This document shows, one piece after another, positions 1-13,359 of a stretch of 64,000 bases of DNA. Source of the DNA: Geosiphon pyriformis uo1 (lineage: Eukaryota > Fungi > Glomeromycota). The number at the start of each line of letters is the position of its first letter. Positions within the stretch are counted from its first letter, which is position 1. The notes under the pieces are model-generated. The model saw only the letters and a program-made list of their open reading frames with translations. It was not told the DNA's origin and searched no databases. The position numbers and the translations under genes were made by a program. The DNA lies in the NCBI GenBank assembly GCA_016748015.1, contig JAAOMT010000073.1:62001-126000 (forward strand), read 5' to 3'.

Positions 1-490
1 CTACAGATAAAATATTAATAGTGCTTCCGAGAATGTAATAATATGATAGATATGGTGGGGATTCAATTCTTTGTTTCTTCCAGATTGGTAGTTGTATCTC
101 TTTAAGTGTCACTGCTGGTGTTTGTAATCTTCCTTTGCTTTTATCTTGGTAAGTAATTGGATATTTTTGTTGGGTGTGATGTTTAATTTCTTTATTGATC
201 TTAGTAATGATGAAGGCAAAATTGTGATTTGTTGGCAGGTTGGTATTTTGAATTAATTTTCTGTAGAAAGTTTCTCTGGCTGATTCAGTATTTACTGGTG
301 TTTCTAACAAAGAGAAAATCTTTTCATTGATGTAGAAATTAAAGGCTAATTCAGCAGATATATGATTGTGATTTAATCCCAAGTGTTGACAATAGTATTG
401 AAATAGGAATTTCACGAATCCTAAATGGTTTGCTCCTATGTTTTCTGATTTTGCCACTTTTGGATGGTGTTTGTTGGTGCTGGTTCTCTG
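1..490 (-). pseudogene. gag: Gag N-terminal domain of B0
   Basis: Minus-strand translation HHPKVAKSENIGANHLGF...KYPITYQDKSKGRLQTP matches 31344-31720. Confidence 0.75.
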
Positions 491-500
491 TAAAATTATA

Positions 501-519
501 CCTCACAGGGAGCACCAAA
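501..519 (-). promoter_or_regulatory. Primer-binding site TTTGGTGCTCCCTGTGAGG
   Basis: Abuts LTR end; identical to 31318-31336; TGG is complementary to tRNA CCA. Confidence 0.85.
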
Positions 520-1357
520 TATTACAGGTGACAATTTTTGGTGTTGAATTAAATACAAACCCGTAACTTGGTGCTCAAAGCTATTCTTGTTGTCAATAAT
601 CTGAAGGTTTGGTATCTGAAGGTTTTGTATCTGAAGAATTTGGTTGAGTTCTTTGTATAATGAACAGAGATTCAATGGTGATAGTTTTATCCATAGCTTC
701 CCAAAACTGCAGTTTTGTCAATTTTTTTCTCAGCTTGATGGCTGGTATTCTTCCTGGTAAGCTATCCTCAATCGAGTGTTCTATCCTTACTTCTGGGTCT
801 TTTACCAGTCACATTTATCCTGACATCAGTACTCCATGTGTTAATCTTCAATAAAGTTAGTAAACAACAATAAAATCAAAGCAAGAAAATAAAGAAAATA
901 AAATAAAATAAAAAAAGAAAAAAAATAAGCCAAAATAATTTGCAAGTTAGTATTCTGTCAATAGCTGTGATCAAGAACTATTGTTTCAGTGTGGTTAAGT
1001 ATCAATTACTATCAACATAAAGTGTTGATAGTGGAAATAGGTTTTGAGATAACAAATAGTTATTTATTAGATGCTTGTGATTTAGAGAGTTGCTTAAATT
1101 AAATCTAAACTAAGAGGTCTGTCTTTTCAGCTTTTAATCTTGCTACTATATATACATAATTGAGATTCCTCAATTCCTTGATTCTTCACAACAGGAATCC
1201 TGGAATTCTGGAATCCTGCAATTCCTCATCAGAGAATCCTGAAATTCCTGGAATCCTGCAATTCCTGAGAGGAATCCTGGAATTCCATATTTACTACACC
1301 TACTTCTGATTGGCTAATAATTATGCTAATATATTTCCTATATTTCTATGAGTAACA
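520..1357 (-). repeat. 5' LTR of B0
   Basis: Reverse complement begins TGTTACTCATAGAAATATAGG and ends TGTAATA (decayed TGTAACA). Confidence 0.9.
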
Positions 1358-2024
1358 CCGGATTTATTCTGGCAGTCTTGCCTTTCTGGTAAGTTAACTG
1401 ATAATATATATAAATCTACTCTTATTTCTGGGTCTTTTACCAGGCTATCCGTGATGTCAATAACTCAGCACTTTTAATCCTTAGTTAATTAGTATGCACA
1501 ACAAAATCAAAGAAAGAAAAATAAAAACAAAGAAAATAACAATGATGAAAATAAGCCAAGACAATTTGGTAAATTAGTATCCTGTCAATAGCTGTAATCA
1601 AGAGCTATTGTTCCAGCATGATTAAGTATCAATTACTATCAACATGAAGTGTTGATAGTGAAGAATGGATTGAGATATAAAATAATTATTTATTTGATAA
1701 TTGAAAACTGAAAAGTTGCTTAGATTAAATCTAAACTGAGAGGTCTGTCTTTTCAGCTTCTAATACTACTGCTATATATACATAATTGAGATTTCTCAAT
1801 TCCTTGATTCTTTATGACAGGAATCCTGGAATTCCTAGAATCCTGCAATTTCTTTGAGAGGAATCCTGGAATTCTGGAATCCTGCAATTCTTTGTGAGAA
1901 TCCTGTAATTCCTGGAATCCTGCAATTCTTGAAAGGAATTCTGAAATTCCATCTTTTACTACATCTACTTCTGATTGGCTAATTACTATGCTAATATATA
2001 TTTCTTATATTTCTATGAGTAACA
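1358..2024 (-). repeat. Family-B LTR (U3-side part), interrupted by B0 and itself inserted in LINE-1
   Basis: Matches about 30438-31115 in reverse; terminus GAGTAACA at 2024; LINE coding sequence resumes at 2025. Confidence 0.88.
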
Positions 2025-4526
2025 GTGGACAAGAAAGTGATCTGTTCTCCCAAAAATGCCTAACTTTTGGGCTTAATAATACATGTCTCTAGATTATGTA
2101 ATTAATGATGCTTTCTCTGGCATGATGAATGAAATTGGTATGGAGGAATTGTCCTTGGTTGTTAATAATTTGCCAAATAATAAAGCAGCTGGATTATTAG
2201 AAATACCTAATAAACTTTGGAAGCATTGTGGTGAGGAGGTCTTGACCTGTCTGTTGAGACTGCTAAATTTGTGTTTAAGTATGGGTTCAGTGCCTAATCC
2301 TTGAAAGAGAGCATAGGTTTTAATAATTCCAAAACCTTATAAGTGAAATGGTGTTCTGACAAATACTAAACTTATCACATTAGTCAATACTGCTCATAAA
2401 ATCCTATCTAAGATTCTATCTGATCAGATATCTTTGGCTTGTAACAAGTTTAATGTTCTTTGTGGTGACAATTTTTTAGTATTGAAGGGTACTTCAATAC
2501 AGTCTTCTATTTTTGCTATTGGTTCAGTTGTTGAGAATGCTCTGAAAAAAAACAGAGAGCTCTGGTTAGTACTACAGAATATGTGCAAAGTCTATAATTT
2601 AGTAGACTAATATCATTTGTGGATGAGCTTGTATTGCATCAAAATGTGTAAATATTTCATCCAATTTTTTGGAGACATTTATGAGAACTGGGTTAACAGA
2701 GTGATGACAGACTTTGGGCTCTTAGATGGTTATAGGGTACATGATGGGTTGGATTAAGAGGAGGTCTTCTCTTTGCTGCTTTGGAGGATATTTTACAATT
2801 CGCTTTTGTGTGAGATAAAAAGGCATGAGCACTTATGTGGGTACAAAATTGATTCTAGATTTGTGGCAAAGTCTGGCAAAATTGAGGCAAGTAGAGAAAA
2901 AACTTCTTTTTTGGCTGTTGGTGCCTTTGTTGATGATACAATTTGGGTTGGAAGTAGTCATGCATCTATGCAGTATATATTGAACATTACAAGTGAATTT
3001 TTTGTGGTCAATGATATCTCAATTAATAATGACAAGACAGTAGCTATTTCTATCAATCAGGGAATTAAGAATGTTTTATTGTTGATCAATGGATCACTGA
3101 TTTTGATTGCTAAGAAGGGTGAATCACACCAATATTTAGGCATTTTCTTGTTAACTAAGAGTCTTTCTAAGCCTAGTTTGGCTTAAGCTTATACAGATGT
3201 TAGATTTTTTTCTAATATAGTATTAAGAAAGACTGTTACAGACAAACAATTCTGTTATTTAGTTTCAACAATTTTACAACCCATAGTTAGCTATTGTATG
3301 CAATTCAGTTTTGTCTTTTCTGGTGTGTGTTATAAATGGGATGTTATGATTAGAAAAGGTCTTAGAATCAAAGCTGGTTTACCATGTGACTTTCTCAATG
3401 AAGTCTTACATTATCTTTTTTTGTATAATTTAAAGCTCTTTGAGCAAGTACAGTCTAAAGAAAAGCTGACATTACTGATTTTATTTTCCAATGCCACAGT
3501 ATTATTGGATGCTTATTTGATCATAGATTCTTGGATTTGCAAGTTTTGAATTGAACTCCTCTGAATCCTTTATAGTTTCCTGTTAAGTTGTGAGTTAGTC
3601 TTGTGAACAATTTTTTGGCAGGGGTAGTAAAGATTTTTTTGGAGAATGAATTGTTATTGGCAAACAATTTGCCTAGTGCATTTTGTGGATCTGGTAATTT
3701 TCTAATGTCTGGTATTCTGGGTCAGTCCAAGTATTACAAATATGTTTTTTCATTGAAGCAATTTGGTGTTGTATTTGGTGACAGAATTCTTGATAAGAAA
3801 GGAAAGATGATGGACTGGAAGACATTTCATTATTGGAAGTAATTAGACCTAAGGGGTCCAATGCCTTATTGGTTCTCTTTGACATTTGGTTTTATGAACA
3901 AATCTGTTTCTTTAGAGGATGGAGCTACTACTGCTGTCAAGAAAAATGTGCCAAGTATTTTGAATTCTGGTAAGTTTTTTGATGTTTGTGATAGTTTACT
4001 GGAAGTGTGGTCTAATTGCATTGAGGTTTATACAGATGGATCTTTGAGATTTGCTGGTTCTGCTGAGGTGGTGGATAAAACAGTTACATACTTTCCAGCT
4101 GCAAATACTGGTATTGGGGTTAAAGTGGCTGGGCTTTTGTTTTCTACTTTGACTGAATTACAAGCTGTAGTATTGGCACTAAAGTGTGTTCCATCTTTGT
4201 GCTTGGTTGTTTTGTATTCAGATAGTCAATTTACAATCAATGCCTGTATTTCCGAGGCTTCTGTTACTATGCTTGACTTTCATAATTAATGTTGGATCAA
4301 AAAATTGCATATAGACAATCTTCTTAAAAATAAAAATATTTCAATTAAGTGGGTGAAAGTTAAAAGACACTTAGGTGTATCAGGCAATATTAAGACTAAT
4401 GCATTGGCTAGTGAGATGACTTCCTCACCTCTGTCTTTGTCAGTAAAAATTTGGAAGAGGTTTTTGGTTGCTGAAGAAACTGCCATATTTGACAATACTT
4501 ATCATTTTGTTTGAGACTTATACTGG
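2025..4526 (+). pseudogene. LINE-1 ORF2 part: RT and RNase H
   Basis: NNKAAG, IPKPY, GAFVDDTIW, YLGIFL; RNase H YTDGS, ELQA, YSDSQ, WVKVKRHLGVSGN; many stops. Confidence 0.9.
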
Positions 4527-5541
4527 TGTTACTGAAGGTTTTCGGTCTTTTTTCTTAAATGTTAGTAATGTTGATTTGCTGTGAATTCACGTTTTCAGGA
4601 AGTAGTTGAATCTTCAATAACTGAATTTATCTTCAAATTATCTCCTATAATTTGAACTGCTGGGCTTATAAGTGGAATGGCCAATTCCTTGCCAGTTACT
4701 TTATGTAGTTACGTTGTAATAAACATTAACTCTTTCCCAAAAATTGCTCGTCTGGAAGCTCACTAAAAATGTGTAGTTACTTTGTTGTAAAAAGTCAACT
4801 CTTCTACAGGAATCTTGTCTGTAGACTACCCTAATGATTATAATAAGAAAAATAAAAGAAAATAAAAGAAATATAAAAGAAATAGAATTTTTGTCAAGAG
4901 AAACGTTTTCTATCCAGGCCTGAAGTCACTAATAGTTTACTGAAATTGGTAGCTAATCAATTTCAAAACATTAGTTGGTTTTTGGGGATTTTCTAAGGGC
5001 AATAATTAAAGAATTTGGTTTTTCAAATTATTTGGTATTTATTTCTTTTTGTGTGTATAGAAATGGTTCTAAGTAATAAATATAAAGTAAAATACATTTT
5101 CCAGAAGAGAAAAGCTTTTCTTTTATACAACTTGTTGTAGTACTAGTTTATGAACTTGCACTTTTTTCTCTTTGCCCAAATTCCGGCAAACTAAAAATAC
5201 ATTTTGATGAACTACAAGTTATTTCGCTGAACTATTGATTAATTTGGATGAACTATTCATAATTTTGGCGAATTTCTGTAAATTTTGGCGAATTTCTTAT
5301 AAATTTTGGCAAATTTCTGTAAATTTTGGCGAATTTTTGAATGTTACAGAGTTCAGGGTATTGTGTAATTTGATCATCTTACTTTCTGTTATACTAATTA
5401 GATTATTTTAATTGAATCGTGATATGTGATAATTGATTAAATAATAAATAATAATTTGAAATGATATTAATATACTAATGAATTATAGGAATTATAAGGG
5501 TAATTTCATGCTAATTAATAGCTAAAATTCTACTGGTAACA
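4527..5541 (-). repeat. 3' LTR of A1 (1015 bp)
   Basis: Direct repeat of 13360-14072; polypurine tract adjacent at 5545-5554. Confidence 0.93.
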
Positions 5542-6229
5542 TAATCTCCTCCTCAAGACTGAGCTCCGTCGAAGTCCAAGCACTATCTGTAATATTGAGA
5601 TAGTGATCTAAAATAATTGAAGTAATCTGGTCTGAAAATTGTTGAAATTTCAGTTCTGTGAGTTTGCCAATATATTGGACTTTCATTGATTGCAGTATTA
5701 GATTTTGTAGAACATTTTCACAAATATTAAACAAATTATAGAGTCTAAAAGCTGCTCTAAGTTTGTAGCGAGTGTTTGTTGATCCAGCTGCTGTTTTGAA
5801 TTTATTGTAGATTTGTTTTTATATAACTTCAGGAGTGAGGTTTGTTGCTTCAAGTTCCAGTTTTCGTTCATAAAGTGTTTTTCCAATTTGAAAGTATTTA
5901 TAGATAGGGGTGTGTTCATTGTTCTGTTCATTAAGAAGTAGTAGTAGTTTTTGTTGCATTGTAGCATTTGGTAAAATATTAATAGAGGCAATTAGCAGAT
6001 TTTCTTCTAGTGCCTGCTTCAAAAGTCTTGGTAATCTATTCTCAGAGTGACTTCTTGTTTCTTTTCTATAGGAGTGATAGTTCTGTAAATGATTTGCTAC
6101 TGGGGCTGTGGTTTCTTTCTGAATGTATTTAATTTGACTTCCATTAATCGTTATAGATAACTCAGGAAGTGTTTTCAAGGCTAACATTAATTTTTGGGAT
6201 ATTTGTTGAATATTTCGGGAAATAATCAT
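5522..6229 (-). pseudogene. ORF3 of A1, unknown function, crosses PPT into LTR
   Basis: ORFs 5819-6229 and 5522-5734 are in one frame; homologous to 25840-26528, 44661-45368 and 39069-39725. Confidence 0.8.
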
Positions 6230-6372
6230 GATAAAATTGACTAATTATGAAAAGAGAGAATAAAAAAAATTATTTTTTGAATATGGGGTTTTTATTTGTT
6301 TTTGGGTTTGGGTGTTTTGTAATTATTTACTATTTTTGTCTTTGTGTTTTTAATAGAAAATTATTGTAAAAT

Positions 6373-9300
6373 TTAAGTGTTCAAGTTTGGTTATTGTTTT
6401 ATTATAATTATTGGTTCTAAATTTCGGGGAATATCTTCAGGATTAATTAAAGGGGAATGTGTACCAATTTGTGAAATTAATGGTTCAGGATTGTTTCTGG
6501 AATGATAGTGTTTCAGTCTGTTTCCATGTGCAATTTTTGCTAATATTTTGTCATCAAGTCTTAACTTATATGATCTATTGCCTAGAATTTCGTGAATATA
6601 AAATGGTCCATCTCATTTGTTTTCAAATTTCCCACTCCATTGTTTTTCAGCCTTAGTTCTGTATAAGAGAACTTTATTTTCAACTTTAAATTCGTTGGTA
6701 ATAGATGGTAATTTGTTGTCATGTCTTTCTTTTTGTTGAGCTTGGGAATGTTCAATATGAGCTGCTGCTATTCTTCTTTTTCCTTCCAGTGTACTAAGAA
6801 AAGTGTAGGCTCTTCTTTGGAGTGTCTCTTGAAAGTTTTCTTCATTGATTGGTTGCATTGGGTATGTTTCCACTGTGAAATTAATTGGTAATGTTGCTGT
6901 CCTTCCATAAGTAAGATCAAATGGTGTGTGTTTCATAGTATCTTGTTTTAGTGTTCTGTATGCTAGTAACACTGATGGAATAAAGATATTCCATTCCTGT
7001 TTAAAGTCTGTTGAGACTTTGGTTAAAGATTCACACAATGTTCTATTGAAACATTCGACAAGTCCATTTGTTTGAGAGTGATAAGGTGATGATAAAAGTC
7101 TTTTGACATTGAACCATTCACAAATTTTTTGTATCAAGTTGTTCACAAAATGTGTTCCTTGATCAGATAAGAGTTCAAATGGGCATCCATGTCTACAGAT
7201 AATGTCTTTATAGATGAATTTTGCTACTGATTTTGTATCTGCTCTTTGGATGGCTCTAGCTTCAAGCCATTTGGTAAGATAATCCACTGCAACTGCAATA
7301 TAACAATTTCCTTGGGTTGTGATAGGTAATGGTCCGATTAAATCAATTCCAACTCTGTCAAAAGGTTGTCCAACTTTGATTGGATTTAAAGGTTCTGTGG
7401 GGTGAGTTCCTCCTTTTCTTTGGCAGTTATCACAAGATTCTACATATTGTCAAATGTCTTTTTGCATGTGAAGCCAAAAATAATGTTCAAGAGTTCTTTG
7501 AATTGTTCTCTCTTTTCCCAAGTGTGCTGAAGATGGATCTGTGTGCATGTTGTATAAAATTGTTTCTTTTTCATTCTCTTGTACTAATCTGAGTGGCTGG
7601 TTTGGTTTTCTGTGATTTTTATAATAAATTTTGTTCTGGTGTATGAAATATTGTTTTGATTGGTGTTGTAAGTAGTGTTTTTTACTTGGAGACCAGTTTT
7701 CTGGCATGGTAAGGGTCTCCAAATAATTTTTAAGATTGCTGTAGTTTCTGGGGTCCATTCTTGTTTGGTTATTTTGTTGGTAAGTTGGTAAGTTGTGGTG
7801 GAATTGTTATTGGTATTAATCTTGTCTCATTCTTAAGAGGCTATTGATATTGGTATGTAGTTTTCCTGGTTTGTGGTGTACAATATATCTGTAGTCTGCT
7901 AGGAAGTCATTTCATCAAGACTGTTTGGCACTTTGTTCAGTTTTCTTTTTATTAAGCCATTTGAGGCCAATGTTGTCTGTTATTATGTCAAATTCTTTTC
8001 CATTTTTCAGATATTGTTGAAAATGTTTAAGAGCCCAAATAACTGCAGCCGCTTCTAATTCAGTTGAGCCATATTTGAGTTCTGTTGGCTTGAGTGTTCT
8101 GCTGACATAGGCAATAACTTGTTCTTGGCTATTTTCATCCAATTGTGATAAGATAGCACCAAATGCTATGTGTGAGGCATCAGTGGCTAATTGGAATCAT
8201 TTGTTGAAGTCTGGGTAAGCAAGAACTGGGGCTGTTGTCAATTTTGTTTTGAGAATTTCAAAAGCTTTTTGTTGTTCTTTAGTCCATTTGTATGGTACGT
8301 TTTTGTTAGTAAGATAATTGAGTGGTTTGGCAATTTCTGAGAATCCTTTTATGAATTTTCGATAGTAAGAGGCTAATCCCATAAATCCTCTTAGTTCTAT
8401 AGTATTTTTGGGGGTTTGAAAGTTTTTGACAGCATTGATTGTTCCTGGATTTGGTTTGATTCCATCTTTACTAACTATGTGTCCAAGAAAAATCAAACTT
8501 GTTTTTCCAAAGTGACATTTCTCAATATTTAACTTTAATTCTGCTTTCCGTAATCATTGAAAAACTTCTCGCAGGTGAATGAGATGAGCTTCAAAGCTTA
8601 ATAAGTATACATCAGTATCATCAAGATAAACAACTACTAATTGCCACAAGAGCCTTTCATAGACAACATCCATGAGTCACTGAAATGTTGCTGGTGCATT
8701 GCAGAGTCCAAAAGGCATAACATTAAACTCATAATTTCCTCCTTGAGTGGTGAATGCTGTTTTGGGTCTATCTTTTGGGTCTATTTCGACTTGTCAGTAT
8801 CCACTTTCCAAGTCTAAAGTTGAAAAGAACTTGGCTTTTCCCAGAGCATCTAACATGTCATCAATTTTTGAAAGAGGGTAGGCATCTCCAATTGTAACAC
8901 TATTCAGTTGTCTATAATCAACACAGAATCTAATTTTTCCATTTTTCTTTTTAACCAAAACTACTGGTGAGGCCCAAGAACTTCTTGATGGTTGAATCAA
9001 TCCGTTATTGAGCATTCTTTGGACCTTTTCTCTGATAAATTGGTGGCTAGCAGGTGGCACTCGATAAGCTTGTTGATGTTTTGGTAGAGCATCTCCTGTA
9101 TGGATCTGATGTTGAACAATGTCTGTTTTTCCCAAGTCATTGTTGTCTTTTGCAAATATATCTGCAAATTCAGCTATCAATTGTTTCAATTGTTTTTGTT
9201 GTTGAGGTTCTAAGAGACCCATATTGATTCGAGAGAGTTTTTCTTCCAACAAGTGGTAGTTTTCAGTAATGAGAATGATATTTGGATTTGGGAGTAGAGT

Positions 9301-12300
9301 GTGCTTTATAATTTCGATGAAATTAGAAACAATTTGGGGGTTTTCATCTTGAAAGATATTGCTGTGTATGATTCTAATTTCTAATTTGTTTAATAAAACA
9401 ATAGGGTAATTATTGGGGTTGTAGAATATAACTCGAAATTTTTTCATTCCTTTGGAAATATAAACGTTTGGAATTGATATTTCATGCTTCAAACAGATTT
9501 GTTCATTGGATTCAAAGATTTGTTGTGTAGTGGTGGGTTTTGAACAAGTGTAAATTTCGTGATGTTCTCCAAAAGATGAAATGGTAATTGGCTGAGGAAG
9601 TTGAAAAATCTGGTGAGATTCATTTTGTGTATTAAGAACTATGTTTATTGGAACTGTAAATCATCCAGTTGAACCAAAACCTTGAGTTCCTCTTTCACTT
9701 TTTCCCAATTGTTCTCTGTTGTTTACTGATTGTAAACCCGAAATATTGATTAAGGATAAGTAAATTGCTTGAGCAATTTTTTCAGCATGTTCAATTTTGA
9801 ATGGTTTGTCTGTTTCATTCTGTAACATGATGGTAATGTCTCCAGTATATCCTGCATCTATAATTCCTCCTCTAATATTGATTCTCTTGCTTGCCAATGA
9901 TGATCTGGAGCTGTCTCTTATACACATCTTCAATATATTCAGCTTCTTTTATTTGGCGGACATCTTCTTGAGTGGCTCCATTGATTAATGCCATTGCTAG
10001 GTCAAAAATCATTTCAGCATCATGAGGGTAGTGGTAAAGTTTATTGAGAGCACTGTTGTATGCTGCATCAAATGGTGTCCCTCTTCTGACTTTTTCCGAA
10101 ATTGATAGAGCATATTGACAGGTTTGATCACATACTCCTCCTCTCATTGCTACATCAATCCAATTGCATTCTTTTGGTAGTATTTCTCCACATGTAAGGC
10201 AAGATGTGTTGTTCTATTTTCCACTTCTTTTTGGAGACCCAAATCGTTTTCTATGGCATGCTTTGCAAAAGTAACAGGTATGAGTTTCATATTCCTCTTT
10301 TGGAGAAATACATGCTCCCATTGATGAAAGTTTTTTGTTGCAATCTTTGCATTTGAGTGGAATATAGAGTGGTTGTTTCTGTGGTTCTGGTGTAGAATAT
10401 CTAACTTTCTTCCATCCCCTTGATTCTTCAAAAATCTCTTGTTCGGTTTCTTTAGCCCAATTGGATGTTGATCCAAGAGCCATGTAGGTTTCAGTAAGTG
10501 GCATTTCTTTCTCCTCTTCAAATTCAAATACTGGAGCTTTTTCTGATTGTTTGTTAAAGATACCACAGGTTGCAGGTACTATGGTATATTGTCCTTGGTA
10601 TGAGATTTTAAGTTCTTGAGTTTCCCAGTTCAGGTTTGCATTGGCCTTGAGAAGCCAATCATTTCTGACTAGAGCTTGGTATTGGGGTGCATCCATAACA
10701 AGAACTTTAACTGGAATGGTGATTCTATCAATTGAAAAAGGAAAATCATCAATTTCTCCTACTGGAGTCTTCTTTATACCATCAGCTGTGACAATAACTG
10801 TTTGAGCTGGTCTGTCTACATTTCATTTGAGTTGTTGCATTAGCTGGTAAGTGATGATACTTCCAGCTGATCCACTATTTAAGATTAAGCAAATGAGTTT
10901 TCCTTCCACTGTAGCTTCTGTATACATGGCAGTAATTGCTTTCTGTTTATTAACTGCTGCATTACTAAGCAGAAATGGTGATTCATTTGCCTCAAATTCA
11001 AATAGAAATATATCTGACAGATTAGCATTTTGGGCAATTTGAGCTGGGGGAATGGTGTGGTTGGAAGAGTTTGATCTTGGTGCTGCAATTTCACCTTCAG
11101 AAAGTGCAGTTTGTTGAAAATCCGATTCCTCTGGTATTGTAAGATAACTGGGTTGAGTGTGATAGTGATTGGGTCTTTGTTGGCCCGAATTTCGGGGAAC
11201 CAACTGGTTATTTGGATTGATTCTGTTGTGGTTATTCTGCAATTAATTTTGGAGTGTGAATTGGTTATGTTGAACCAATTTTCTTGCTGGTACTTGATAT
11301 TGTTGAGTGAATAATGTCTGATATGGCTGAATTGGTAAAGATTGCTGATATTGTTGCTGCATTGATTGTGGAGCTGGTGGATAGTAACTGTTTTGATTTT
11401 GTGGTCTTGGTGAATAATAAGTTGGTGGTGGAGATTGGTAATAAGATTGTTGTGGTAAAGAGTAATGTTGATTACTCCTGTTTTGTTGGTCTCTTTGTAA
11501 TTTTCTACAATCTTGTTTCCAGTGTCCTGGAATTCCACAATAATGACAATTTTGAAATTGGTTGTTGGATGATGATCCAAAATTGTTTTGGTTGCATCGT
11601 TGTGAGAGTTGATATCTTTGTGGTTGTTGTGGCTGTTGTTGTTGGTTTGTGAAGTAGCTTTCAACTTTTTTTATGAATTGGTCTATCTTCTTTTCAGCTG
11701 CTGAGCTGGTTTCTCCAATTGCAAGGTTTACAAGCTTGGTGTGATTTGCTTCTTCCATTCCCATTTCATAGCTCTTTGCCTGTCTAATAGCAGTTGCTAA
11801 GTCTGCTGGAGCATGTGGACGGATTTTCTTAATCAGTTTGTCTTTTAATCTTGCTATAAACTAATCCAGAATTTGAGCATCAGAATAGTAGTCATTGGTT
11901 TTCAATTGTCGGATTTGTCTGAGAAGTTTGTTAAATCTTCCAAGATAGGTCATAACAGATTCAGATGTTTTTTGTTTGATATTGTGAAAGCAGTTTCTGA
12001 GAGTGATAGAGGTATTGTTGTTGGTAAATTGTTGTAGAAAAACATCTTTGAATGCTTGCCAGTTTTCAAATGGTTCTTTTAAATTTTCAAACCATTTTCC
12101 TGCTGTTTCTTGGAGAAAGTAGGGAATTGCTTTGAGCATTCTTGCTGCAATCCAACCATTTGCATCTCCTGCTTTTTGAACTTTGTCAAGCCATTCTTGG
12201 AGACTGGTATCATTGTCTTTACCAGTGAATTCTGGAATTTTTGCAATGTAAGTAGTTGCCATTTTTTCTTCATTTTCTGGAATTTCTTCTGGTTCTGATT

Positions 12301-12931
12301 CAGTTTCTTTACTTTCCAAGCTTTCTGAGTGATTACTTTCGTTTTCCTGTAAGTAATCAATGATATTGGCACTTGTTGATATTGGTTCCTGCTGTTGAGT
12401 AGGATTTCTAGGTGACTGAAAATCTTCTGGTCTGAAAAAACAGCTAAGTGGTGAACTTGGTGTTTGTAGTTGAACAAATAAAATTGAAAATAATGTAATA
12501 GAAAGTGGTAATTTGACACTGGTTCCTTGTTCAGGTGTTTGCAAGTGTTTGGCAGTTGTCTTTTGTAGTGTTAGAGTGTTTGGAGTGGTTCTTGAGTATT
12601 GCTTCAATCTTTGTTTGCCTTTATTGCTTGTTTCTGTCTCTGATTCAAAGTCAAAAGAGTATTTAAACTGTACTGGGTATTTTTCTTCACAATACTTAAT
12701 AATATTAAAATTAAGTTCTTGAAAGTAGGTAGCAAGTGTTTTACTGTTCAGGTCTTCTGTTCCCAAATGTGAATAATGCACTAAATTATTGTAGAGGTTG
12801 CTTCTAACTTCTGAAATGTTGTAGTTTCCAAAAAGATAATTGTTGATGCGGTTTTCAATGTATTGGTATACTGATTTCTTTACAATTTCAATTCCGTCTG
12901 GAATGTTGAATCTTTGCTTGCAGTGGGTGTA
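6373..12931 (-). pseudogene. gag-pol: A1 gag-pol polyprotein (CA, CCHC knuckle, PR, Cys-rich module, partial dUTPase, RT, RH, IN)
   Basis: CHYCGIPGHWKQDC, LILNSGS, GIIDAGYTG/RGTQGFGSTG, WASPVVLVKKKNG, YLDD, LSDQGTHF; one frame except at the adapter. Confidence 0.92.
9911..9929 (+). other. Nextera/Tn5 mosaic-end adapter (assembly artifact)
   Basis: Exact CTGTCTCTTATACACATCT; gives MCIRDS/DVYKRQ peptides; replaces 480 bp present in paralog (21721-22200). Confidence 0.97.
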
Positions 12932-13359
12932 NNNNNNNNNNNNNNNNNNNNNNNNNNNNNNNNNNNNNNNNNNNNNNNNNNNNNNNNNNNNNNNNNNNNN
13001 NNNNNNNNNNNNNNNNNNNNNNNNNNNNNNNNNNNNNNNNNNNNNNNNNNNNNNNNNNNNNNNNNNNNNNNNNNNNNNNNNNNNNNNNNNNNNNNNNNNN
13101 NNNNNNNNNNNNNNNNNNNNNNNNNNNNNNNNNNNNNNNNNNNNNNNNNNNNNNNNNNNNNNNNNNNNNNNNNNNNNNNNNNNNNNNNNNNNNNNNNNNN
13201 NNNNNNNNNNNNNNNNNNNNNNNNNNNNNNNNNNNNNNNNNNNNNNNNNNNNNNNNNNNNNNNNNNNNNNNNNNNNNNNNNNNNNNNNNNNNNNNNNNNN
13301 NNNNNNNNNNNNNNNNNNNNNNNNNNNNNNNNNNNNNNNNNNNNNNNNNNNNNNNNNNN
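12932..13359. other. Assembly gap (covers A1 PBS/U5)
   Basis: N run. Confidence 1.

Larger units (their letters stand above)
1..1357 (-). mobile_element. Ty3/Gypsy family B element B0, 5' end (continues left of window), inserted inside another family-B LTR
   Basis: LTR 520-1357, PBS 501-519 and gag N-terminal coding sequence match element 30438-40618 in reverse; flank CCGG at 1358-1361. Confidence 0.9.

Noticed and set aside
9872-9933. Tn5/IS50 insertion or novel peptides MCIRDS/DVYKRQ
   Set aside because: Synthetic mosaic-end sequence with no transposase or TSD; library artifact.
10885-11664. Alternate-frame and antisense ORFs over gag-pol and LINEs
   Set aside because: Shadow frames of biased low-complexity coding sequence; not conserved between copies.
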